Shown piece by piece: positions 48,587-59,011 of a stretch of DNA of 64,000 bases. The translations under genes were made by a program, and so were the position numbers. Each line of letters starts with the position of its first letter. Position 1 is the stretch's first letter. The notes beneath the pieces are model-generated. The model was not told the DNA's origin and did no database searches. It worked only from the letters and a program-made list of their open reading frames with translations. Source of the stretch: an uncultured bacterium (GTDB lineage Bacteria; Verrucomicrobiota; Verrucomicrobiia; Limisphaerales; UBA8199); assembly GCA_963749495.1 (NCBI GenBank), contig CAVVMW010000006.1, positions 1,024,001 to 1,088,000 of the forward strand, written 5' to 3'.

Positions 48587-51500
48587 TTACTGGATCAGGA
48601 GGAAGAAGGTAGGTTTGGACGGGAGCGGAATGGTCACGGTATTATGGAGGTAATCCACCCCAGGCACTGGGGTCCAGGAGGGGTTGGCCAGGCTCGTCGC
48701 GCTGTTCAGGACGAAGCCGGTGAATACAGCGGGCCAGGACACCACCAGGTTGCTTCCTTCGGCGACTGCGCTGAGCGTAGGGACGGCGACGGGAATGCCG
48801 TAGGGGCCCGCGCCGCCCAAAGCCATCATCTGAGCGTCGCTGAGCTTGCCGGCGCTGACCTGGATGCTCTTGACATAGATCGAGCCGGTGTGATCGTCGC
48901 CGCTGTTGTTGGGGCCGTCGTTGTCGCCGAACAATATCACGTTGGCCTGCCAGGCGCGGCGCGGGGCGTCCAAGCCGTTGGCGGAGCTGACCCAGTCCTG
49001 GGCCTTGACACCGTTGACCCATTTGGTGATCAGGTTCTCCGAGAGGTCCGCTGCGAAGGCCAAACGGTGCCAGCCGTTTGTGATGGGCCCATTGTTCATC
49101 GTGTAGCCCCCTGACCCTGGCCCATGTCACCGTTCTGCAGGAACAGGCTGCCGTCCGTGCCATGAGGCTGATTGGTATTCTGGCATTGGAAGAAGGGGAT
49201 GGTGCCGCTGGAATAGTACATGTCATAGATAATTGTGTACTGGTTGACCAGCTTGCCGCCGCCGTTGGGCGGGATGTTTGGAGTCACGATGAAACCATAG
49301 TTGGCCAGGAGGGGGGTGCCATCCGGGAAACCAGGCACATACATGACCTCGGCGTCGGCGCCGTTAATCTTGGGAATGCCAAACGAACTGCACGTCCCAA
49401 ATTGGACGGTGGCGGCGGTCTCTCCGTTGGTGCCATCGAAGTACTCCAGGTCCGCGCCGACGGTCGCTTCCAGGTTGGTCCAGTTGAAGTCCCATTGGCC
49501 GGTGACGCTGGTGAAGGGGACTACCTGAGGGATTTTGCCCGCGGATGGCCCGCCCAGGAGCACCATTTCGGCGTCGCTCATCTTGCCATTGCGGACCTGA
49601 ATGCTGTTCACGTAGATCGAGCCGGTGTGATCGTCGCCGCTGTTATCGGGCCCGTCATTGTCGCCGAACAAGATGACGTTGGCCTGCCAGGCGCGGCGCG
49701 GGGCGTCCAAGCTGTTGCCGGAGCTAACCCAGTCCAGGGCCTTGACCCCATCCACCCATTTGGTGATCAGGTTCTGCGAGAGGTCGGCCGCGAAAGCCAG
49801 GCGGTGCCAGCCGGGGGTGATGATCCCATGGTTCATCACATAGCCCCCTTGACCCTGCCCCATCCCGCCGTCCTGAAGGAACAGGCTGCCGTCGGTGCCA
49901 TGAGGCTGATTGGTATTCTGGCACTGGAAGAAGGGGATGAGCAGGTTGTCCCAGGGCACGTACATGTCATAGATAATGGTGTATTGGTTGACCTTGGTTC
50001 CACCGCCGTTGGGCGGGATGTTTGGAGTCATGATAAAACCATAGTTGGCCAGGAGAGGGGTGCCATCCGGGAAGCCGGGCAGATACATGACGCGGGTGTC
50101 GCTGCCGTTGATGAGAGGGATGCCAAACGAGCTGCACGTTCCCCATTGGACGGTGGAGGCGGTCTGGCCGTTGGTGCCATCGAGGTATTGCAGGTCCTGA
50201 CCGACCGTGGCGGCCAGATTCCCATTGAAGTCCCACTGGCCCGTGACCTCGGGCACTGTCGCTCCGGCAACGACAATGGTGAAGGACCAGTTGTTGGTGA
50301 AGGTCTTTGGCGTGGGCGAGGTGTTGTCGCTGTAAACCAACTGGACATTGTTTGTGACCGTGGTGCGCAAGGCATTGGGGTAATAAGTCACGGTGGTGAA
50401 GGCGTTGGTCTTGCCGATGGAGTTTGGCGTGACTTGAGTGCCGTTCAAATAGAGCTTAATCGAGTTGGTCGCGACCTGCAGATCGTCGTCGCTGAGGATT
50501 ACCACGATGGGAGCGCTGGACAAGAAGCCTTGCCCGCCAGGCGAGGGATGCACCTCGGCCACATAGGGCTCTCGGGGGATGGTGCTGACGCGGTAGGCGG
50601 GGATCGAGCCCGACGGGTCGTTGATCAGGATATTGGCTCCGCTCTCGGGGTCCACATAGTACCAAGCCAAATCAGCCTCCGACGTGTTCTCCCAATGGAC
50701 CAGCCGGAAGGGATAAACCCCGGAAACGGGGGCGACAAAGGTGAAGGTGTTGGTGTTGGCTCCCACGGTGAAATTGGAGGCGGTGCGCAAGTACTGGCCC
50801 ACCAGGGTGGAAAAAGCGTCGCGCGGATTGGCGCCGCAAAACAAGGCATAGCCGTTGTCGGGCGGTGTATCAACACGGGTCTCCCCCACAGCCACGCCAA
50901 ACACGTACGTGCCCGCATTGAGCGGAAGATATGCCAGCACGTCGTCGGCAAAGTTCACCGAGCTTCCATTGGTGCCGGGTATGCCTGGGAACGAGTAGGC
51001 GTTGAAGGGCAGAATGCCGGGGTAGCCGGGGGGATTCGCGGTGCTGAAGGCGATGGTGCCATTATTGGCCTCATATTCATCGATGAAGAAACTGCCGTTG
51101 GCCTGCGCGCCGGGCCCGGTCAAATCGGCCTCGTTCCCAAACGGGACCCCGTTGGTAGGATTGAGAAGTGTGCCATCCAACTGTTGCCGCGCCCGGGCCA
51201 GGTCGTTTTCGAGCGAAACCCAGGAGGGAGCCTGCGCCACGCGATAAATGAAGCCCGGGGTGTTGGCCGAGCCGACGGGGCCGACCGCGCTGGCGGGCAA
51301 CGCGATATAAGGGCCGACATCAAAGGAGGTACTGGACGCCCAAGGAGTTGGTCGCGCTGTCCCGATAGCTCAGCGCGACCACGTTCTCGAGCCTGAGGGG
51401 AGCAAAGCCGGCACCTGATATGTGATGGTAGTCGTCGGAGCGGAGTAGGCCACACTGGGCGTGACCGTCGAGCCGTTGAGTTTCAGAACAATCGTGTTGG

Positions 51501-52405
51501 TGTTCACGGTGGCCGTCCCGTCATTGAGGACGATCTGGATGAGCGGCGTCGGGGAAATGGTCGAGCGACCGGGGAAACGCAAATCATCGGTGGGCGCCAC
51601 CGATACGGTATAGGGGCTGGGCGGCGGCCCAGTCAGGATGCCGCTGGCAACCGGTCCTCCCAGACTAGCCAGCAAACCGGCGGGCAACATCTGGTCGTCG
51701 AACTGGAGGCTGGCGATGTAGCCGGGCCCCGAATTGGTGTTCGGATCGTCGAAGAGGAAGATATCGCTCGAGATAGAGAACGTCCCGTTCAACGCCGGAA
51801 GGCGCCCCCCCGCTCAGCACGCTGGCGCCGTCAATGAATACGGACAGCCCCGAAGAGGCGTCCGTCAGGTCCACCGCGATCGCGACGCGATGCCAGGCGT
51901 TTGGGGTGAGGCTGCCGCCAGTATCGCCGGCACAGCCGACCGCGCCGCTCGAGTTGACAAAAAACTCGCCTCCAAACCCGTTGTAATCGGTGCCCAAAAG
52001 GGTGTAGGTCTTGCCTGAGGGGGGCGTGTTTGTAAACAACACGTCCAGGATCACGGTATATTGATTGACATAGGCGCCGCCACCGTTGGCATTGGCGCCG
52101 ACCGGCACCATGTAGCCGCCGAAGCCGGTAACGGCCTGGGGGAACCGCATGACGTTGGTCGCCTGCCCGCCGATAGACGCGATGCCAAACGAGGTCGTCG
52201 ATCCAAATTGTGTGCCCGAGGTTGTGGCCTGGTCGGCGGGAGTTATCGCCTGGCCGATGGCGGCGTTGATCAGCGTATAGGTGAGCGGGTTATAATTCGT
52301 CTCCTTGAAATCCCATTGCCCGGTGATCGCCGCTCCGGCCGACAGAGCCAGGCCGGCGCAGAAGCAGAGGGGGAATGCGCGGGTGAAGTTTGGTTGCGGT
52401 TTCAT
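48587..52405 (-). CDS. Large secreted protein with three LamG/concanavalin-A-like domains; several frameshifts (~51795, 51388, 51329, 49108)
   Basis: Four consecutive ORFs; repeated GQWDF...NGGG..VNQYT.I.D...WHR.A.A.DL domains; signal peptide; C-terminal VSWP...FVL...W...FFLL tail. Confidence 0.75.
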
Positions 52406-52600
52406 AAAAACTGATTATTGCCTGTTTGGAACGCCACGCTGACCGATAGCGCGGCGCGCCTGAGTTAAAGTTATTCTTCGGTCTGGTTCATCACTTTAAC
52501 ATAATGCCACGACCGGACGAAACGTCAAGCCACGTCGACGAGCCCGGCCGGCACTACGGATTGTATCGGTAGCACATGGCCGACGCCGTGCGCTTCGAGA

Positions 52601-52711
52601 CGCAATTGGGTCTATACCGGCGTCACGCGGGGCAAGAAGCTGGTGGTGGTCGTTGGCCAGCGGAAGGCGCTCGCGATGGCCGTGAGGAACAACCGGACGG
52701 AGCAGCGGTTC
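52601..52711 (+). pseudogene. RecD2-like helicase C-terminal fragment
   Basis: RNWVYTGVTRGKKLVVVVGQRKALAMAVRN (SF1B motif VI region). Confidence 0.75.
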
Positions 52712-53384
52712 GTCGCCATTGACCATGTGGGCAAACGGCTCATCGACTACCGGCTCCTGAAAAGGCCGGGCCCAAAAGCGGTTCGTTCACAGATGGTTAC
52801 CGTTGACGATCTGGCCGCATTTTTGAAGGCTAACGCAGGCCGCTTAATGGAGCGAGCCTGACCAGCGCCGCCTCCCAATTACCCGCAAAGCCTGTTAGAG
52901 CGCCAGGAGGGTGAGTCGAGACTACCATGAGGACTTGCAGAGCGAGGGCATACGTTGCTGGTTTGCTCCAAAGAGACCCGAGGTTGCACAAGCCCCGGCC
53001 CCGGTTGCCGTGGCGGTTCCATGACCGGCGAACCATTCTGCAAGTGCAACAACTGGCTTGGCAGCGCCATTTGCCGAGGAGCGCGTTCAACGTCTGGCCG
53101 CTCGCGGATCGGGATCGTAAAGGCCAGCCCTGGAGAGGCGGCAAAAACCAATGGTGCCGATGGCGGTTCAGGTTGCTGCAACCCCTTCTCGGAGCGCGAT
53201 CAAGCCCGACATGAGGCAGCCCAAGAATCCCCCAAGCCGAGCTTGTCTTTCGGCTTCCGCAGGAGCAGAATCTTCCGGCGTGTCGCCCTGGGGGAATCGC
53301 TTTCTTGCGGAAGAACTTGAGGCGGGTCGTAAGGGCGGCTTCCAGCCAGGGCGTGACTGATTCTGGTCAATCGGTTCCGAGGTT

Positions 53385-53579
53385 GTGGACGATGGCGACA
53401 AAGGCAAATTCGGTCACCGGGAGCGGCTGCGCGAGCGGTTCCTCCACGGCGCGGTATCCTCGCGCACTGATGAGGCGCTGGTTGAGCTGTTGTTGACCTA
53501 CGGCGTCCCTCAACATGACGTTCCATCCGACCTGGCCACAGCACGCTACAGAGAGGTCCTGGAGAACTTGGAGAGATGA
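53385..53579 (+). pseudogene. RadC-like N-terminal fragment
   Basis: GHRERLRERFL...DEALVELLLTYGVPQHDV. Confidence 0.6.
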
Positions 53580-53679
53580 CACACGGATCAACTGTGTCTA
53601 CGCCGCCCAACGAAAAACGGCACAGCACGCCAACGGCTTCTGACAGCACGGACAGAGCAGGGGCGGGATCGGCGCTGGG

Positions 53680-53911
53680 GTGGACGAAACCTCGATGGTG
53701 GACGTGCCGTTGATGAGCCATGTGCTCCGCGCCCTGCCTGCCAACGCCAGCCTGCTGCTGGTCGGGGATGTTGACCAGTTGCCCTCGGTCGGGCCGGGCA
53801 TGGTGCTCCGGCACATCATTGACAGCGGGCGTGCGCCTCGGGGCGGCCACCAGCCGCCCACCACGCCAGCCGGAAGACCTCCGTTAGCCGCACGACCGGC
53901 CCCACCCCGCT
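53680..53911. pseudogene. RecD2-like helicase central fragment, with its continuation inverted
   Basis: + strand VDETSMVD...[14 protein letters not shown]...IIDSG (53680-53829); - strand [16 protein letters not shown] (53911-53864). Confidence 0.8.
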
Positions 53912-54056
53912 GGGCTTACCCTGAGAAAGCGAAAAAGCGAAAAAGCCGGCTTGCCCGGCCGGCCTTGGTTGTGGCAATACAGAGGGGTTCCACTGTCGTG
54001 TGACAGCGTTCAGACGTTTGGCAGTCCCAGCAACAAGTTTCAGAGCGAGGCAAATC

Positions 54057-55236
54057 ATGAAACACGAGAGCAACATGAGCGGCGGTCCAGCTCCCGCTGG
54101 CCAGGAAGTGTCACGGAGGACCTTTGTAAAGAGTCTGGGTGCAATTGGGGTGGGCAGCGCCTTCCTTTCCCCCGGCGCGACCCGCCCGGCCCAAGCCCAG
54201 TACGGTCCGACGAGCGTCGATGGGCTTTCCCCCAAGCAACTCACCGACATGTACACCTCCATGCTCGAGATTCGTTTGTGGGAATCCAAAGTCAAAGATT
54301 TGCTCCTGTTGGGCGGCTTTCGCGGCGTTGCTCACCTGTATGTCGGGGAGGAAGCTGTTGCGGTGGGCGTGTGCAGCGCCCTGCGCAAAGACGACTACAT
54401 CGCGAGCAATCATCGTGGGCACGGCCACCTGATTGCCAAGGGGGGCGATCTCCGTCTCATGCTGGCGGAGATCACGCATAAAGCCACGGGCTACTGCAAG
54501 GGTTATGGCGGGTCGTTGCACATTACCGACATGAGCCTGGGCATCCTGGGCATGAACGGGATTGTTGGGGCGGCGCATCTCTTCGCTGCCGGGGCGGCCT
54601 ATGGCATTCGGGTGAAGGGAACAGAGCAGGTGGCAGTCAGCTTTGGCGGGGACGGTTCCATCCAAGGCAACTTCTTTTCCAGCGCGGCCAACAGCGCCGC
54701 CGTCTGGAAGCTCCCCTGGATTGGGGTCATCGAAAACAACAACTTCCAAATCTGGGTCCGGGCCTCAGACGTTTATGCCACCGCAGATTTGGCGCAACGG
54801 GCGGCGGGCTATGGGATCGAGGGGCGCGTGGTGGATGGCAATGACGTTCCTGGCGGTCTATAACATCGCCAAGTACGCCGTGAATAAGGCCCGTGCCGGC
54901 GGCGGTCCGACTATTATCGAGTGCAAGACCTATCGCTGGTATGACCACTATGGCGCGGGCGGCGCCCGGGTGGGGGTGGACGGGGCCTTCGGCCTGGGCT
55001 ACCGCTCCGACCGCGAATTGCGGGACTGGATGGCCAAGGACCCCATCCCGCGGTTCCGCAGGTTCCTGGTCAGCGAGAAGGTGCTCACCGAAGAGCGGGC
55101 CGATGAGCTGGTGGCGGAAGTTCGCCAAGTCGTCGAGGAGGCCGCCAGATTCGCCGAAGCGCAGCCGGTGCCCAAGCCGGAAGACGGTCTGCTGAACGTC
55201 TTCGCCAAAGGCGCGGTCCCGCTCCACACCAGTTAA
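54057..55236 (+). CDS. TPP-dependent dehydrogenase E1 alpha subunit (PdhA/AcoA-like) with twin-arginine signal peptide; frameshift near 54848
   Basis: SRRTFVK...AQA signal; HLYVGEEA, NHRGHGH, GGSLH, GIVG, GDGS...ENN, VDGND, ECKTYRWYDH, KDPI. Confidence 0.88.
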
Positions 55237-55256
55237 GAGGAAGGGAGGCCACTGCA

Positions 55257-56228
55257 ATGCCAAAGAACATGAACTATGCAATCCTGGAAGCCATCCAGGG
55301 TGAAATGCGGCGGGACAAGCTGTTGACGCTCTTTTATGAATACCAAACCCCGGCGGCCGGATGGGAGAACCGCACCATCAACCTGGAATCGGAGTTTGGC
55401 CGCTGGCGGGTGCGCTTCTGCGCGATCAACGAGCAGTGGATCGTCGGTGGCGTGCTGGGCATGTCGTTGAGCGGGGTGCCTGCCATCGCCCATATCCCAA
55501 GCATGACGACCTTCATCCCCTACGAACTGATGTTCAACCATGCGGGGAAACTCCGGCACATGACTGGCGGCCAGGCCTCCTTCCCGATGGTCCTGTGGGC
55601 GGACATGATGGGCCGGCAGCCGTTTCAGGCCGGCCAACACGCCGATGCGGGGCTGGAGTCTTCGTACGCCCGGCTGGCGGGCCTCAAGGTGGTGATTCCC
55701 TCGACGCCCTACGATGCCAAGGGCCTAATGATCTCTGCCATCCGCGACATGGACCCGGTCGTCTTCTGTCACTACTCCATGCCCTCGTCCGGCCCGGAGG
55801 TCCCAGATGAGCCCTACACGGTTCCAATCGGAGAGGCGGTAATCCGGCAGGAGGGGACCGACCTTACCATGGTTGGCTACGCCCCCCAGACGGCGCAGAT
55901 AGCCAAGGCAGTCGCGCAACTGGAGCAAGAGGGGGTCAGCGCGGAGTTCATCGATCCCCGGACGCTGGCGCCCTTGGAGGGGGTCATGGAAGCCATACTC
56001 AAGTCCGTGAAGAAGACCGGCAAGCTCCTGACTTCCGACGACGGGTCGTACAGCTTCTGCAATTGCGCCGAGATCATTGCGCGCGTGGCCGAGGCTGTGC
56101 CCGGAGTCAAGGTCAAGCGGTTGGCGTTCCCGGATGCTCCCCCGCCGGGGGCGCCCAAGATGATCAACTACATGCGGGTGGATGCGGCCAAGATCGTGGC
56201 CGCCGCAAGGAAGCTAGTGAGGGGTTAG
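55257..56228 (+). CDS. TPP-dependent dehydrogenase E1 beta subunit (divergent PdhB/AcoB-like)
   Basis: EFGRWRV..CAINEQ, NHAGKLRHMTGG, GLKVVIPSTPYDAKGLMISAIRD, VPIGEA..RQEGTD, IDPRTLAPL, SVKKTGKL. Confidence 0.88.
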   Translation: MPKNMNYAILEAIQGEMRRDKLLTLFYEYQTPAAGWENRTINLESEFGRWRVRFCAINEQWIVGGVLGMSLSGVPAIAHIPSMTTFIPYELMFNHAGKLRHMTGGQASFPMVLWADMMGRQPFQAGQHADAGLESSYARLAGLKVVIPSTPYDAKGLMISAIRDMDPVVFCHYSMPSSGPEVPDEPYTVPIGEAVIRQEGTDLTMVGYAPQTAQIAKAVAQLEQEGVSAEFIDPRTLAPLEGVMEAILKSVKKTGKLLTSDDGSYSFCNCAEIIARVAEAVPGVKVKRLAFPDAPPPGAPKMINYMRVDAAKIVAAARKLVRG

Positions 56229-56529
56229 TGGTTCGACAGCCTCACTAAAACCTAACGAGCGCGCACGCTGCAAATGGCGCCAGCTTCGCGGCCTCGCCTT
56301 CGAGCGGAGTCCCGGAGACCGCATCCCGCCAGCCACCCTCACCCGCCGGTCGGCTCTGGTTATTCTCCAGCATTTGCACGCAGCTCAGTACGAGCGGCTT
56401 GCACTCAGGAGTTTATGCAACTGAGATCTCCCAAATCAGTTGGATTCGGTGTTCATTTCAACGTAAACGATTCCTGCTGCGGAAAAACCTGCTTGTCCCG
56501 GGTTCGGGCAAGGGCGTATTTCTTCGCTC

Positions 56530-57210
56530 ATGAAACAGCCATTGCCCTCCGCGGTTAAAACTGGTTCCCACCCCAGCTCTGCCAATCTCTCCCGCCGCGA
56601 GTTTACGCCGTGTAGCGGGGCGGCACTGGCGGGGTCGGCCCTGGCCGACGTGGCGGTCCCGCTTGTCCATGCGGCGGCCGGGAACACCATCCGGCTGGCG
56701 TTGATCGGATGCGGCGGGCGCGGCGGGGGGCGGCAGCCAACGCTTTCGATTCGCCCAACGGCCCGGTGAAACTCGTCGCGATGGCCGATCCCTTTGAAAA
56801 CCGGCTCGCCAGCGCGCACCAGGCTCTCTCCGCGCAATATCCGAACCACGTGGATGTGCCCCCGGACCGGCGGTTCACCGGTTTCGATGCCTACCGCAAG
56901 GCTATCGATTGCTTGCGCCCGGGCGATGCGGCCATGCTGACCGGTTATGCGGGGTTTCGTCCACGGCAACTGGAATATGCGGTGGAGAAAGGCGTGCATG
57001 TCTTCATGGAGAAATCGTTCGCTGCCGACCCGCCCGCGGTGCGGCGCGTGATCCAAGCCGGCGAGGCGGCGGAGAAGAAGAATCTCAAAATCGCAGCGGG
57101 TTTGCAGTGCCGCCACTCGCGTAACCGGCGCGAACTCATCCAGCGCATCCGGCAAGGGGAGCTGGGAGACCTGCAAGTCATTCGCGCCTACCGCATGCAG
57201 GCCTGCGGCT
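56530..57210 (+). pseudogene. Gfo/Idh/MocA oxidoreductase with Tat-like signal, frameshifted (~56730) and 3'-truncated
   Basis: LSRREF, IRLALIGCGGRG, KLVAMADPF, GFDAYRK, HVFMEKS, GLQCRHS; similarity lost after IRAYRMQ. Confidence 0.8.
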
Positions 57211-57377
57211 GGCCCAGCCTCCGCTACTACAGCCGGGATTTGCGCTGGCGGCCTCAGGGCCAACTCGGCCGCTTCGTCCGGGTCAACCGTCATTTGGTCA
57301 AACGTCTCGCTCTGATGGCAGACCTCGCGCGGGCGCAGTATGGGACGTCCGCGTGGTGCCTCAAATCTCCACCAGGT

Positions 57378-58319
57378 TTACCGGAGAGAAAGAGTCTCCG
57401 ATTCCGCCGTGAACCTCGCGCAGGCCAGCCGGCAATATGCCCGCACGATCTCGATGCCGATACTGTTCCGGTTGGCTTTCGCCGCTGCCAGCAACGTCGT
57501 CCCTGAGCCGGCGAACGGGTCCAGAACGATGTCCCCGACAAAACTGAACATGCGCACGAGCCGTGAGGCCAGCTCCAGTGGGTAGGGCGCCGGATGCTCG
57601 CGGGTGCTTGCGCCTCTGAGTTTCCAGGTCTGCTGGAACCACTCGCGAAACTCCGCTTTTGGGATTTGGCTTAGCTCACGCTGCTCTTTTGTCGGCTGGC
57701 GATACCCGCCAGGTTTTCGCTGCATCAGGATAAACTCCATGTCGTTCTTAATGATGGCGTTGGGCTGGTACGGTTTGCCGAGGAATTTACTGCATCGGTT
57801 GGCCTCGAATGCGGCATTGGAAATCTTGAGCCAAAGGATCGGGTTCAGGTTGTCGAAACCGATTTTCCGACAGGCCACGGTGATGTCGGCATGCAGGGGC
57901 ATCACCAGATGGCGGCCATGTTCGCGGCGTGAAAGGCACACATCTCCGACGACGCAAACCAACCGGCCGCCCGGAACCAGAACTCGGTAGCAGTGGCGCC
58001 AGACCTTGTTCAGCTCCTCGATGAATTGGTCGTAGTCTTCGATGAGTCCCATTTGACCCGGGTGGGGCTGGTATTGTTTCAGCGTCCAATAGGGCGGGGA
58101 GGTTGCCACGAGGTGCACGCTCGCGTCCGCGAGAAACGAAAGGTCGCGGGCATCTCCGCAGACCAACCGGTGTTCAGTTTTGCCGGTGGGGGAGGCGAGC
58201 GGGAAATCCGGGAAGTCGATATTCGTCTTTTGCATCGGCTGAAAAGAACCGAAAAACTTCAGGCCTCCTGGATGAGGCTGAAGGCTGCTTCTTGTCGGGG
58301 TGAGAGCCGTGGGCGTCAT
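57378..58319 (-). CDS. Site-specific amino DNA methyltransferase (N4-C/N6-A, beta-type motif order), orphan
   Basis: ATSPPYW catalytic motif, HPAPYP, VLDPFAGSGTT SAM motif; start may be downstream of 58319. Confidence 0.9.
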   Translation of the reverse strand: MTPTALTPTRSSLQPHPGGLKFFGSFQPMQKTNIDFPDFPLASPTGKTEHRLVCGDARDLSFLADASVHLVATSPPYWTLKQYQPHPGQMGLIEDYDQFIEELNKVWRHCYRVLVPGGRLVCVVGDVCLSRREHGRHLVMPLHADITVACRKIGFDNLNPILWLKISNAAFEANRCSKFLGKPYQPNAIIKNDMEFILMQRKPGGYRQPTKEQRELSQIPKAEFREWFQQTWKLRGASTREHPAPYPLELASRLVRMFSFVGDIVLDPFAGSGTTLLAAAKANRNSIGIEIVRAYCRLACARFTAESETLSLR

Positions 58320-58417
58320 CGTTGTCTATGGTCCCAGCGAACCCTGAGGCGGCTGCGGTCCAGCCAGAGCGTGCGATTTACTTCGCGAACGGGTGTTTTT
58401 GTCTCTTTGCGTCGCAT
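58316..58417 (-). CDS. 33-aa basic ORF translationally coupled to the methyltransferase
   Basis: AGAAAGG RBS; MRRKETKTPVREVNRTLWLDRSRLRVRWDHRQR; ATGA overlap. Confidence 0.35.
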   Translation of the reverse strand: MRRKETKTPVREVNRTLWLDRSRLRVRWDHRQR

Positions 58418-58803
58418 GGTTTTTCGCCTTTCTGCTTTTGTTGTTTCTGTGATGCCGCCCAACTACGAGTGGGCCAGTGTTTCGGGTCTTCCTTTTGATT
58501 GGGGAGCCGAGGTCCCCCTCCGCGCCGGAGGAAACCGTGGGGGGCAACGCACGTGCCGAGAGCGGTGTCGGCAAAGAGGTGGCGTGGCTGTATCCGTGGG
58601 CAAGCCTGCCGGCATCCGATGGAGTAGCCCATGAAGCGGATAGGGGAAACGCGGCCAGGCGGGAACCATCAAACTCACCGCAAAATCCGACGGCCTCAAG
58701 ACGGCCAGCGTAACGATTAGAGCCAGGCTGGCGGACTGACTCCACCCGGGGCCGAGGCCTCCTATTCAAACTGGGCCCATCAATACTCTGCCAGACGTTG
58801 GCT

Positions 58804-58914
58804 GTGAATCATCTCCGCCAGGTCGCCAACGCTCCGAGCAAACCGGTGGTGCTTTACGACGGTGATTGCCGCTTTTGTGTGCTCTGGGTGCGGCGATGGG
58901 CGCAAACTTGCTGA
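58804..58914 (+). pseudogene. N-terminal fragment of a DCC1-like thiol-disulfide oxidoreductase domain
   Basis: KPVVLYDGDCRFCVLWVRRW then early stop. Confidence 0.65.
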
Positions 58915-59011
58915 GGGAACATACCATTGTGCGCTCGGGTTTTGCGTGAGCCCTTCAGCTTTGCCGATTGAAGGTTCTCTGTTAGTCTCAGCACCAAACG
59001 TTGTGATCGAT

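Noticed and set aside
56250..56365. attC-like site (GTTAGGT on the - strand)
   Set aside because: The partner box does not fit RYYYAAC, pairing is weak and there is no integron integrase or cassette array.
8840..56730. Frameshifts in apbE, GH127, GH-like, leuA, E1 alpha etc. as programmed recoding or mass pseudogenisation
   Set aside because: Single-base indels at homopolymers or recurring motifs in otherwise intact genes are better explained by consensus errors; cannot be settled without reads.
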